64,000 bases of DNA from positions 139,967 through 203,966 of the forward strand of contig JBGAIB010000005.1 of assembly GCA_044225825.1 (NCBI GenBank), read 5' to 3'. The notes beneath the pieces were generated by a model. That model was given only the letters and a program-made list of their open reading frames with translations. It ran no database searches and was not told the DNA's origin. This stretch comes from Chitinophagales bacterium. GTDB lineage: Bacteria; Bacteroidota; Bacteroidia; Chitinophagales; LD1. This document shows, piece by piece, positions 55,233-64,000 of this stretch; the stretch's first letter is position 1; every line of letters starts with the position of its first letter. The position numbers and the translations under genes were made by a program.

Positions 55233-56063
55233 TTAGAAGGCGTTAAGCTTAACAAACTTCTTACTTAAAAAATCGAGTATAATTGGATTTACCACCAAAG
55301 GACGCTCCTTCTGAGGATAGTGCTTGGTACCGGGTATAACGGCCAGGTAGCCCTGCTTTACACTTTCGAACATCTCGCTGGTGTGGGCCAACTTAATAAT
55401 ATCATGGTCGCCGGTAATAAACAGCGAAGGGCACTTGATTTTAGCCAAATCGGCCGTAGTAAGGTTGGGTTCGGTTAACAACAGGGTTTTCATGCGCTGT
55501 GTGAATGGTTCTATTAAACCGTAATTAGGATACCCTTTAAAGTGATTGCGCACATACTGATAAATTTTATCGCTGTTCCATTCCTCCACTTTTTTCAGTA
55601 CTTCGCTATAAACGGCGGTGGTGTCCACTTTATAATTGGCGCCGATAGCTACCAGTTTACGCACTTTATCGGGGTGGTTAATAGCCAGGCACAAACCTAT
55701 AATTCCGCCATCGCCAAAGCCTACAATATGGGCGCTGTCGATATTCAGTTCCTTCATAAGGCCGATCACATCTTCGCTCATCAACTGATAATCAAGTTTA
55801 CGGTCGGTGAACGTACTCTTGCCGTGCCCCCTGTTATCCATGGCAATAACCTTGTATTTTTTTGAGAAATCAGGAATCTGCTTGAACCATTCATCGATGT
55901 TTTCGAGAGAACCGTGCAACAATATGAGAGGGTCGCCACTGCCGTAAACCTTGTAGTGAATTTTTACATCATCGATGTTGGCATAGCGGCTTTTGGTAGT
56001 ATCGGTTTGGGCAAACACTGCGGTGGAAAGGATGAGTAACAGGAATGAGTAGAGGACCTTCAT
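55233..56063 (-). CDS. secreted alpha/beta hydrolase with non-canonical nucleophile elbow
   Basis: Signal peptide. HGSLEN oxyanion region. Elbow reads HIVGFGDGG instead of G-x-S-x-G. Candidate acid and His residues are present (TGDHD, GTKHYP). Confidence 0.75.
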   Translation of the reverse strand: MKVLYSFLLLILSTAVFAQTDTTKSRYANIDDVKIHYKVYGSGDPLILLHGSLENIDEWFKQIPDFSKKYKVIAMDNRGHGKSTFTDRKLDYQLMSEDVIGLMKELNIDSAHIVGFGDGGIIGLCLAINHPDKVRKLVAIGANYKVDTTAVYSEVLKKVEEWNSDKIYQYVRNHFKGYPNYGLIEPFTQRMKTLLLTEPNLTTADLAKIKCPSLFITGDHDIIKLAHTSEMFESVKQGYLAVIPGTKHYPQKERPLVVNPIILDFLSKKFVKLNAF

Positions 56064-56194
56064 ATATATAACTTTGGCTTAAAGATTAAGATTTTAAGGA
56101 TAAAACAAAACACTATTGGCACCGGAAGAGTTTACTTACCCTGGTATAACTAAACTGCGTGTTTGCCGGTTATTGTCCACACAACCAAAAGTCT

Positions 56195-56467
56195 CTATCT
56201 CCGAATATCAAAGCCGGCGAAGTGCTGCAGCGGCCCCTCCTCTACGGAAACATAGCTTACCTGTGCCTGATCGGGGCCATGGTGGCACCATTGAATAAGT
56301 TTTACCAGTAGCTCCTCCTCCCCTTCTGCTTCGCAGTAAACGCTGCCATCTGCCTGATTGCGCACAAAGCCTTTTAAGCCCAACAGCTCCGCCATTTGAC
56401 GGGTACCTGCACGGTAAAACACACCCTGCACTTTGCCGGTAATGGTAATGTTATAGTGCTTGTGCAT
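56195..56467 (-). CDS. acyP: acylphosphatase
   Basis: 90 aa. ITGKVQGVFYR...GFVRNQADGSV signature. Confidence 0.9.
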   Translation of the reverse strand: MHKHYNITITGKVQGVFYRAGTRQMAELLGLKGFVRNQADGSVYCEAEGEEELLVKLIQWCHHGPDQAQVSYVSVEEGPLQHFAGFDIRR

Positions 56468-56484
56468 GCAGCTGAAAGTGCGCG

Positions 56485-56892
56485 CTATTTGGCGTGGAAG
56501 TCGATTTTTTCGCTGATGGTTTGCTCATCGGTTAAGCCCATATTACGCCATACCTCTTTGCCATCCTTATACAGAATAAGCAGTGGAATAGCTTTAATGT
56601 TCATGGTATTGGCAACCACCGGGTTTTGGTCTACATCCACATCCATCAACAATACGCGTCCGCCATTTTTGCGGATAACCTTTTGTACGATAGGTTTTAA
56701 TGTTTTGCAGGGGCCGCACCAGGTAGCATTAAAATCAACCAGTACCAGATGGGCTTGTTTAACCTGACTGAGATACATATCGAAGGTCATACCTGTTGGG
56801 GCAGCGGTATAAGGCGTTTTTGCCGGATCTGGTTTGCTGCTACCCATACAAGCCGTTAAGGCCAACATTATTATCAGAAACTTAAACTTCAT
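56485..56892 (-). CDS. thioredoxin-family lipoprotein
   Basis: ATG at 56892 gives MKFKFLIIMLALTAC (lipobox). Active site WCGPCK. Confidence 0.8.
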   Translation of the reverse strand: MKFKFLIIMLALTACMGSSKPDPAKTPYTAAPTGMTFDMYLSQVKQAHLVLVDFNATWCGPCKTLKPIVQKVIRKNGGRVLLMDVDVDQNPVVANTMNIKAIPLLILYKDGKEVWRNMGLTDEQTISEKIDFHAK

Positions 56893-56999
56893 GAAGCAAT
56901 CGGATTTACTTATTTGCAATATAGAGGTTTCGTATTCAAAAAGCGGGCTAGGTTTTCTGCTTGCCCACCAGTGCTTCGGCATTTATACAATTTTAGCAG

Positions 57000-58403
57000 T
57001 TATCCGTTTTTTAAAACGCCTGTTTCTACGGGCAGGTGGGTGTTTTTAATTGCTCCCCAACCGCCTGCTACATCCACCAGGTTGTGGTAGCCCCGTGCCC
57101 GGAGTATGGAAGCCGCGATAACCGAGCGGTAACCACCAGCACAATGCACATAGTAGGTTTGCGTGTTGTTAAGCAGACCGGTCCAATCGTTGATATAGTC
57201 CAGCGGCTTGTTATCGGCATTAGAGAGGTGGCCTCCTTCAAACTCACCGGGGCGACGCACATCCAACACCTGTAAATCGGCAGCATATTGTTGCTCAAAT
57301 TCCTGCGCTGTGATAGATGTAAGCGTGTCCACCGCTTTACCTGCAGCTTTCCAGGCTTCCACCCCGCCCTGCAGATAGCCTATCGTATTATCGTAACCTA
57401 CACGGGCTAAACGGGTAATGCATTCTTCTTCTCTTCCGGCTTCGCATACCAGTAATATTGGTTGCGCTAAATCGTTAATAAGCGCACCCACCCATGGCGC
57501 AAATTGCCCATCTATACCAATGAAGACAGCACCCGGCACAAAGCCTTTTACAAAGTCCTGCTGCTTACGGGTATCCAATATCAACGCACCAGAGGAATCG
57601 GCCACGTTTTCGAAATCGGCAGGGGCCCAGGCTTTCATTCCGGTTTTTAGTATTTCATCCAGCCCCTTTGCACCTGTTTTATTTAAAATCGCATTTTTAG
57701 GGAAGTATTGCGGGGCTGCACTTAAACCTTCGGTAACTGCTTTTACAAAAGCGTCCTTACGCATGGGTTGTAAAGCGTAATTCACCTGCTTTTGATGGCC
57801 AAGTGTATCGAAGGTTTCCTTCCCCATATTTTTGCCACAGGCCGAGCCAGCGCCGTGTGCAGGATATACGATCACATCATCGGGCAAAGGCAAAATTTTA
57901 GTATGCAGCGATGTGTACAAATGGCCCGCCAGATCTTCGACAGTCAAATCGGATTTAATAGCTAAGTCCGGACGACCTACATCATTTATAAAAAGCGTAT
58001 CACCGGTAAAAATGCAATACGGTTTTCCGGTTTCATCCAGTAACAAGTAGGTACTTGATTCCATGGTATGGCCAGGCGTATGCAAAACTCGAATAGTGAG
58101 TGCCCCCACCTTATATTCTTGTCCATCTGTGGCTATATCGCACTCGTAGCTACAAACAGCAGAGGGCCCGAAGACTATCCGGGCCCCTGTTTTATGGCTT
58201 AACTCTACATGTCCGGATACAAAATCGGCATGAAAGTGTGTTTCGAAAATATACTTGATACGTGCACCATCCTTTTCTGCACGCTTCAGATAGGGAGCTG
58301 TTTCGCGCAAGGGGTCAATAATTGCCGCTTCACCATTGCTTTCGATGTAATAGGCTGCTTCTGCCAGGCAACCGGTATATAACTGTTCAACTTTCATAGC
58401 CAC
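57000..58403 (-). CDS. MBL-fold persulfide dioxygenase-like protein fused to two rhodanese domains
   Basis: Metallo-beta-lactamase motif ETHFHADFVSGH and HTPGHT. Two C-terminal rhodanese domains with Cys loops (LVCEAGRE, HCAGGYRS). Confidence 0.8.
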   Translation of the reverse strand: MAMKVEQLYTGCLAEAAYYIESNGEAAIIDPLRETAPYLKRAEKDGARIKYIFETHFHADFVSGHVELSHKTGARIVFGPSAVCSYECDIATDGQEYKVGALTIRVLHTPGHTMESSTYLLLDETGKPYCIFTGDTLFINDVGRPDLAIKSDLTVEDLAGHLYTSLHTKILPLPDDVIVYPAHGAGSACGKNMGKETFDTLGHQKQVNYALQPMRKDAFVKAVTEGLSAAPQYFPKNAILNKTGAKGLDEILKTGMKAWAPADFENVADSSGALILDTRKQQDFVKGFVPGAVFIGIDGQFAPWVGALINDLAQPILLVCEAGREEECITRLARVGYDNTIGYLQGGVEAWKAAGKAVDTLTSITAQEFEQQYAADLQVLDVRRPGEFEGGHLSNADNKPLDYINDWTGLLNNTQTYYVHCAGGYRSVIAASILRARGYHNLVDVAGGWGAIKNTHLPVETGVLKNG

Positions 58404-58480
58404 TAATTAAGCTACAAAAATAAACAGTTTTAGACTGCTCAGGCAGGTGAACACCCGCAACATGAAAGTTTGTGAATAAC

Positions 58481-58795
58481 CTAGTTTTGCGTAGGTAACA
58501 TGCACTTATCCAGGCAGTTCATCATTTGTGTAAGCGCAGAATCCTTCAACGAATAGAATATATTCTGGCCCTGACGCTCGGAACTTAAGAGGCCTTTTTG
58601 CTTCATAGTTGCCAAGTGGTGCGATAACAGCGACTGTTCGCAATTGGTTTTAGCGCATAAATCATTTACCGTCATTCTGCCGTTTTCGTCCAGCAGGTTA
58701 ATAACTGCCAAACGCACAGGATGTGCTACGGCTTTAAACACATACGCAGCTTGTTCCAGCTTCACCTTGTCAATTCTAACTTTGTCGGTGGTCAT
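58481..58795 (-). CDS. ArsR/SmtB-family transcriptional regulator (Cys-rich, BigR-like)
   Basis: wHTH core AHPVRLAVINLL...MTVNDLCAKTNCEQSLLSHHL. Four Cys. Start is uncertain: ATG 58795 is preferred, and ATG 58885 or GTG 58903 are possible. Confidence 0.75.
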   Translation of the reverse strand: MTTDKVRIDKVKLEQAAYVFKAVAHPVRLAVINLLDENGRMTVNDLCAKTNCEQSLLSHHLATMKQKGLLSSERQGQNIFYSLKDSALTQMMNCLDKCMLPTQN

Positions 58796-58956
58796 AGTTC
58801 TTCTTTTTTCGCTTTTTAATGATATCGGGGTCCCATTTACCTCCTTAATTTTACCAACCGCAATTTTGTTTACGATTAATGGCATTGGGTTTATACCCTT
58901 CACACAACAAAAGTGAATGTATTAAAGAACATGAAATATGACACAAGTCATGGCAC

Positions 58957-59514
58957 TTAGTGACATTTGTTCATACTGGCCAGCACCCTTAAAGCCTGTC
59001 CGATATGACGCTGTTGATGCCCCAGCAGAATTTGAAATAAATCGGCAAGGTTGTAAGTAATTAATTTAGTAACCGGAGAGTATAAGATAGTTATCTGAGG
59101 ATCAAATGATTGAAGCTTCATGAAGTATTCCTTCATCTGCTTTTGGTGTGCTGCAAACCGGTTTAATATATCAGCAGGCAATGCACTTTGCGAAGGGCTA
59201 AAAACCGCAGGATTTTTAAACTTTTTACTTATTACCGGTCCAGCGTCCTTAATAAGACGGGCACCCCAAAAACGGCTGATGAAGCGGATTTTCATGTACC
59301 AGGTTTGCCTGTGCGTGCCTGCCAGCAGTGCATCGAACTGGGGGTAGTAGGTGCTATCGGAAACCATAATATGATCGAGCACCTGTGCAATGCTCCAGGC
59401 ATCAGGAGATGGTTTCCAATTAAGGGCGGCCGTATCCATATTGCCAAAATGCAGTTGCACCTGCTTTGCAATTTCATCGAGCGTTTCGATATGGTATTGA
59501 ATTACTGTGCTCAT
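58957..59514 (-). CDS. DinB-family (DinB_2) protein
   Basis: Four-helix DinB pattern with a His triad context (AQVLDHIM, LLGHQQRH). ATGA overlap with the response regulator gene. Confidence 0.7.
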   Translation of the reverse strand: MSTVIQYHIETLDEIAKQVQLHFGNMDTAALNWKPSPDAWSIAQVLDHIMVSDSTYYPQFDALLAGTHRQTWYMKIRFISRFWGARLIKDAGPVISKKFKNPAVFSPSQSALPADILNRFAAHQKQMKEYFMKLQSFDPQITILYSPVTKLITYNLADLFQILLGHQQRHIGQALRVLASMNKCH

Positions 59515-60287
59515 GCTTTTTCCCCCTCCAGCCAGGCGATAAACTCGTGTGCCTTTTCGCGGCTTACATCAATACGCAGGTTTTTATCGCATTTAAGATG
59601 TACCTCTATTTTACCGGTATCGTGTTTCTTGTAAGTTTCCACCTCGTTAATATGAATAATGGTTTGGCGATTGGCCCTGAAAAACCGGGCAGGGTTTACC
59701 ACCTCTTCGATTTCGTCGATGGTATTGTAATCGGTAACCAGCTTTTCGTTTTCAGAGGTTACCAGGTAAATGATTGTTTCCTTCACAAAAAAGGCAACAT
59801 GGTTTTCGGCCACCGGTACCATACCTGATTTAAAGTGTGCCAGGAAACGCTCTTTGTATTTAGGCACATTGTTCTGCTGCATGTTTGCCAGCAATGTTTT
59901 CATTTGCTCGCCTACATAACTATCGCCATTCCCATGATATTTTTTGAACTTGACGATAGCTGCCTCGAGGTATTCTTTGTCAATAGGCTTTAAAAGGTAG
60001 TCGACACTATTAACCTTAAATGCACGAATAGCATAATCGTTATAGGCCGTTGTAAAAATTACAGGCCTTTCGATTTTAACCTTCTCGAAAATATCGAAGC
60101 TAACACCATCGCTGAGTTGAATATCAAAGAAGAACAGATCGGGATGCGGATGTTCGTTCAGCCATTTTACAGCACCAGCTACCGAATCCAGCACGGCTAT
60201 CACTTCCATAGCCGGGTCAATTTGTTTCAGCAGTCGCTGCAGGTTTTTGGCTACCAGGGGTTCGTCTTCTACAATTACAATTTTCAT
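59511..60287 (-). CDS. LytTR-family response regulator
   Basis: Receiver domain (MKIVIVEDEP, FFDIQLSDG, TTAY) plus a C-terminal LytTR DNA-binding domain. Alternative starts lie up to 60305. Confidence 0.9.
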   Translation of the reverse strand: MKIVIVEDEPLVAKNLQRLLKQIDPAMEVIAVLDSVAGAVKWLNEHPHPDLFFFDIQLSDGVSFDIFEKVKIERPVIFTTAYNDYAIRAFKVNSVDYLLKPIDKEYLEAAIVKFKKYHGNGDSYVGEQMKTLLANMQQNNVPKYKERFLAHFKSGMVPVAENHVAFFVKETIIYLVTSENEKLVTDYNTIDEIEEVVNPARFFRANRQTIIHINEVETYKKHDTGKIEVHLKCDKNLRIDVSREKAHEFIAWLEGEKA

Positions 60288-60297
60288 AGCCATTAAA

Positions 60298-61308
60298 TTA
60301 AGCAATGAGCGGAATTTTTACGGCAAAGGTGTCCGGATCTTCTACTACCAGCACTTTGCGTACGGACAGGTAACGATACAGGTTCTTTAGATTTTCGAGT
60401 CCCTGGCCGTTGGATGATTCGACCCTTTGTTTACGCTGAATGTTATTCTGCACTACCAGCATACCGTCCTCATCGCTGATAACTATACGCAAGGGTGTGG
60501 CAGTAGAAACAATGTTATGCTTTACGGCATTCTCAAAAAGTATTTGCAGGGTTACCGGTACAATTTTCAACTCGCGGCTTTCGTCGCTCAGCTGATAGGT
60601 AATCTCCACCGCACTCTCGAAACGTGTTTTAAGTAATTGTGCGTAATGGTTTACAAAGTTTATTTCGGTTTGCAGTGTAACGAGGTTCTTTTCCTTATGC
60701 TCGAGCACATAGCGATAAACCTTTGCCAGTTGTTGTAAAAAATCAGAGGCTAACTGGGGATTTTCAAAGATCAGCGAGTTAAGCGACGAAAGCGCATTGA
60801 ACAGAAAGTGCGGATTTAACTGGTTTCGAAGGTTATCGTATTGCACCAGAGCCTTTTCCTTATCGAGTTCTGCGGCGCGTACTTTTTCTTCCTTCCAGCG
60901 CGAAAAAAAGTGATATCCGAAAATGGAAAGGATAATAGAAAGCACCATAAAGGTGTTAATAACGAAGGATACAATCCAAAGCTCGCGGCTTATCTGCATG
61001 TGCACCTTCTCGAGGAAAATAATGGCACTTGCATAGCGAAACACAAACAACACCGTAAGTGTTACCAGAAACTGAATGGCTATACGCTTGAAGATATTAC
61101 GCTCGAAGGGGAAAACGCGATCGAGATAAATATCGATAGCCCTGACAATAAAGCCGAAGAAGAAAATGAAAACCAGGCCTACCAAGCCCGTTACAACATG
61201 CCATTTTAAATTTTGGCCCGGGAAAAACAAAAACTTAACCAGGGTAAATACCGTGAAGATAATACCGATGGATAAGAGGGCAATTTTGTTTTCCTGTTTC
61301 AGTTTCAT
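60298..61308 (-). CDS. LytS-type sensor histidine kinase (His_kinase PF06580-like)
   Basis: Several N-terminal TM helices. NPHFLFNALSSLNSLI H-box region and N-box LFENAVKHN. ATGA overlap with the ABC ATPase gene. Confidence 0.85.
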   Translation of the reverse strand: MKLKQENKIALLSIGIIFTVFTLVKFLFFPGQNLKWHVVTGLVGLVFIFFFGFIVRAIDIYLDRVFPFERNIFKRIAIQFLVTLTVLFVFRYASAIIFLEKVHMQISRELWIVSFVINTFMVLSIILSIFGYHFFSRWKEEKVRAAELDKEKALVQYDNLRNQLNPHFLFNALSSLNSLIFENPQLASDFLQQLAKVYRYVLEHKEKNLVTLQTEINFVNHYAQLLKTRFESAVEITYQLSDESRELKIVPVTLQILFENAVKHNIVSTATPLRIVISDEDGMLVVQNNIQRKQRVESSNGQGLENLKNLYRYLSVRKVLVVEDPDTFAVKIPLIA

Positions 61309-61982
61309 GGATGCACTATTTCACCGTCTTTCATTTCAATAACACGGTCGCTGTTGGCAGCAAACTCGGTATCGTGTGTAACCGAAATAATAGTTTGGTT
61401 TTTGCTTTTAGAAAGATCGCGCAGAATATCGAATACTATTTTGGTGTTGTTACTATCGAGGTTACCGGTAGGTTCGTCGCCCATGATAATGGTGGGATCG
61501 TTGATGAGTGCACGTGCAATTGCTACGCGCTGTTGCTGACCACCCGAAAGTTTGCTGCTTAGTTTTGTGGCAAAATCCTGCATATCCAGCCACTTTAGCT
61601 TTTCGTAGGCACGGTCTTCTATTTCGCTTTTGGAATACTTACCCAATTTTTCCGCAGGTATCATAACATTTTTTAGTGCGGTGAACTCCGGAAGTAAAAA
61701 GTGAAACTGAAAAACAAAGCCAATATGTTCATTCCGGAATTTTGCTAATTCATTCTGCCCCAGGCCTGTTACTTTTCGCTCGTTAATTATGATCTCGCCC
61801 TGGTAATCGGTATCCAAAGTAGAAATAAGATATAGCAAGGTGCTTTTACCGCAGCCCGACTTGCCAACGATAGATACAAATTCGCCTTTTTGCACGGTAA
61901 AGGAAACATCCTTCAACACACGGAATTCATCCGGCTCGTGAAAGTATTTGTTCAGCTTAATGGTTTCTAATACTACGCTCAT
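61305..61982 (-). CDS. ABC transporter ATP-binding protein (MacB/LolD type)
   Basis: Walker A GKSGCGKST, signature LSGGQQQR, Walker B IIMGDEPT. Confidence 0.9.
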   Translation of the reverse strand: MSVVLETIKLNKYFHEPDEFRVLKDVSFTVQKGEFVSIVGKSGCGKSTLLYLISTLDTDYQGEIIINERKVTGLGQNELAKFRNEHIGFVFQFHFLLPEFTALKNVMIPAEKLGKYSKSEIEDRAYEKLKWLDMQDFATKLSSKLSGGQQQRVAIARALINDPTIIMGDEPTGNLDSNNTKIVFDILRDLSKSKNQTIISVTHDTEFAANSDRVIEMKDGEIVHP

Positions 61983-62007
61983 ACCACTTATTTATCCTCG
62001 TTAGCGT

Positions 62008-63264
62008 TTATCCGCGTAAAATAGCTACAGGGTCAATTTTACCTGCCTTAACACTCGGCATCAATCCCGCTATAAGCGTTGTTATGATACCGAACCACAA
62101 CCCGAAAGCATAATGATACCAGTGAAATACGACCGGGTAATGGGTGATACTTATAAACTCATTTTTAGGGAATGGCAGGGTATAGACCCCATAACTAAGC
62201 ACCAGGCCCAATAACAAACCAAGTATTGCACCGAACACCCCGATGGTTATTGATTCGGTAAGGAATATCTGGCGCACATCGCTGCCTGAAAAGCCTTGTG
62301 CCTTTAAAATGGCAATGTCCTTCAATTTATTCTGAATGGTCATGCTCATGATGTTGTAAATGCCAAAACCGGCCACCACCAACAGGGTAAAGGAAATTAC
62401 GACCGTCATTACATTCCGGATATTGATGGATACCATGGCAGAGGCATTCGCTGTTTGCCAATCATCCACTTTATATCCATAGCGGGTGGCAAACTCTTTA
62501 CTCATTTCGGTTGCCAACTGATAGTTTTTCAGTTTCAGGTTTATATCGGTGTAATACTGATTATCCTTACCCAGCAGTTGCTGCACTTTAGAGACATTTA
62601 CATAACTGCGGATATTATCGAGCGAGCCAATACCGAACTGAAAGGTGCCTACCACGCGGAAACGCATGGCTGTTCCTTTAGGACTAGCCAGGGTAACCAG
62701 ATCGCCCACACGCACATTTAATTTATTGGCCAGACCATGCCCCATTAATATGCCATTATCGATGGTCAATAAATCCTCAATTCGACCGGTCTTCATTTTA
62801 TCGCCCAAACCTGTAAGGCGGCTTTCGGGCACTATATCCACCCCGTTCAAACTGCCGTTAATCTGCACCGGGCCACTGGTATAAAACACCTGCGTACTCA
62901 GCTGCGGCGATACGGCCAGCACACGATCATCCTTTTTCAGATCCTCTATTATGTTGCCGGCGTTACGGATATTAGGGTTTATATCCTTAGGCTTTGGGTG
63001 ATATACTACATTAAGCACCTTATTCGTATCGCTGATGGCATCTAATATGGAGTGCGAATAATCGGTTTGTATATCGTTATAAATGTGCACATCGGGTGTA
63101 GACGAAAGAAGTGTATCTTCCAAAAACTCATTGAATCCCGACATGAAGCTGATCATGAGGATATACATGCCGATACCAAAGGTAACCCCCAGCATAGCAA
63201 TAAACGTTTGGCGCTTTTTAGCCAGCAGGTGCGTTTTAGCGATTTCAAAATTTACAGCAAACAT
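62008..63264 (-). CDS. ABC transporter permease, MacB/FtsX type
   Basis: N-terminal TM helix, large periplasmic MacB_PCD-like domain, and a C-terminal FtsX module (ILKAQGFSGSDVRQIF). Confidence 0.85.
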   Translation of the reverse strand: MFAVNFEIAKTHLLAKKRQTFIAMLGVTFGIGMYILMISFMSGFNEFLEDTLLSSTPDVHIYNDIQTDYSHSILDAISDTNKVLNVVYHPKPKDINPNIRNAGNIIEDLKKDDRVLAVSPQLSTQVFYTSGPVQINGSLNGVDIVPESRLTGLGDKMKTGRIEDLLTIDNGILMGHGLANKLNVRVGDLVTLASPKGTAMRFRVVGTFQFGIGSLDNIRSYVNVSKVQQLLGKDNQYYTDINLKLKNYQLATEMSKEFATRYGYKVDDWQTANASAMVSINIRNVMTVVISFTLLVVAGFGIYNIMSMTIQNKLKDIAILKAQGFSGSDVRQIFLTESITIGVFGAILGLLLGLVLSYGVYTLPFPKNEFISITHYPVVFHWYHYAFGLWFGIITTLIAGLMPSVKAGKIDPVAILRG

Positions 63265-63286
63265 GCTACTACCCCGGTTTGGTTAA

Positions 63287-64000
63287 CTATTTAGCTTTTG
63301 GCAACACCACTTCATCATTCGCAGTAATACCTTCCAGCACTTCCACATATTCCATGTTCTCCATGCCCTTTTTGATCTTCACTTTCTTGTTCATGGCAGA
63401 CCCTTTAACTTCTACTTCATCTTCGCCCAGCACTACGCTTTTAGGTATCACCAGTGCATCGTCCTTTTTAGCAATAATGATGTTGGCCTCCAGCGAGGTA
63501 TGTACAAAAGGCATGTCGTAATTTTCGGTAAACTCAGCTTCCACCTTAAAACTTTGGTCGCTCTGGTTCATGTTCGGATAGATTTTGGTAACCTGCGCTT
63601 TGTAAATTTTATTACCGGTAATATCCATTTTAACTACAATCTCCTGCCCCACTTTTACTTTATCGATATCCTGCTGATCGACCTGCAGTTGTAAGATTTT
63701 ACTGCCCTTTTCGCCGATAACAGCGATAATATCGTTGCGGCGTACGGCTTCGCCCAGCTCCTTGGTAAGGTCGTAAACCACGCCATCCATTAAACTACGT
63801 ACCGTAAAATTACCGGCTTCTAAACCCGAAGCAGCTAATCCGCTTTGCGCGTTTTTTAATTCTACCTGTAACTGATCTTTCGTTTTGCGGAACATTTCGC
63901 GTGCCGATTGCAAATCGTTACCTGATACCTCCAGTGCCAGCGCAGCCTGGTCTAACTGCGATTTTGTTAGTGCATTGGCATCAAACATATTTTTATATCG
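63287..64000 (-). CDS. efflux periplasmic adaptor (HlyD/MFP family), N-terminus beyond the window edge
   Basis: The frame stays open past the Met at 63988 to position 64000. Coiled-coil then beta-barrel segments (VRSLMDGVVYDL, VGQEIVVKMD). Confidence 0.8.
   Translation of the reverse strand, partial: RYKNMFDANALTKSQLDQAALALEVSGNDLQSAREMFRKTKDQLQVELKNAQSGLAASGLEAGNFTVRSLMDGVVYDLTKELGEAVRRNDIIAVIGEKGSKILQLQVDQQDIDKVKVGQEIVVKMDITGNKIYKAQVTKIYPNMNQSDQSFKVEAEFTENYDMPFVHTSLEANIIIAKKDDALVIPKSVVLGEDEVEVKGSAMNKKVKIKKGMENMEYVEVLEGITANDEVVLPKAK

Noticed and set aside
1-64000. A search by eye for tRNA, rRNA, tmRNA, riboswitch leaders, transposase or integrase genes, and known defence genes.
   Set aside because: I found none: no T-loop GGTTCGAATCC-type sequence in any gap, no long untranslated conserved-looking leader besides the repeat island, and no matching protein motifs. 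tRNAscan-SE, Infernal and DefenseFinder runs are needed for a definitive negative.

Overview
This is a chromosomal segment from a Bacteroidota genome. The evidence is a fused lpxC/fabZ inside an lpxD-lpxC/fabZ-lpxA cluster, at least seven type A and one type B T9SS C-terminal sorting domains, and a LytS/LytTR two-component system. The class is probably Sphingobacteriia or Chitinophagia; the genus cannot be told from the sequence alone. I call 54 protein-coding genes at high density. I recognised no rRNA, tRNA, CRISPR array, transposase, integrase, reverse transcriptase or known defence system. Content: pyrC (cut by the left edge); a cytochrome c-FTR1 iron permease fusion; many secreted T9SS cargo proteins, including PhoD, a PNGase F-like protein and a 2137-aa cell-surface giant with a PGRS-like glycine-rich insert; a loose group of lipid and acyl-CoA genes; lipid A genes; an ArsR / persulfide dioxygenase-rhodanese module; and a MacAB-like exporter translationally coupled to a LytS/LytTR pair and a DinB protein (the adaptor gene is cut by the right edge). 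The least explained sequence is non-coding. A 0.8-kb gap at 8230-9033 is packed with nested repeats, one of its hairpin repeats has a third copy at 7143, and a 66-nt element in it recurs 31 kb away at 39901. Two other leads are an Avd-like four-helix-bundle gene inserted in an operon between inverted GTTTGT-type repeats, and the glycine-rich triplet-repeat segment of the giant gene. I found no clear new multi-gene system. All functional calls rest on motifs read by eye and need database confirmation.
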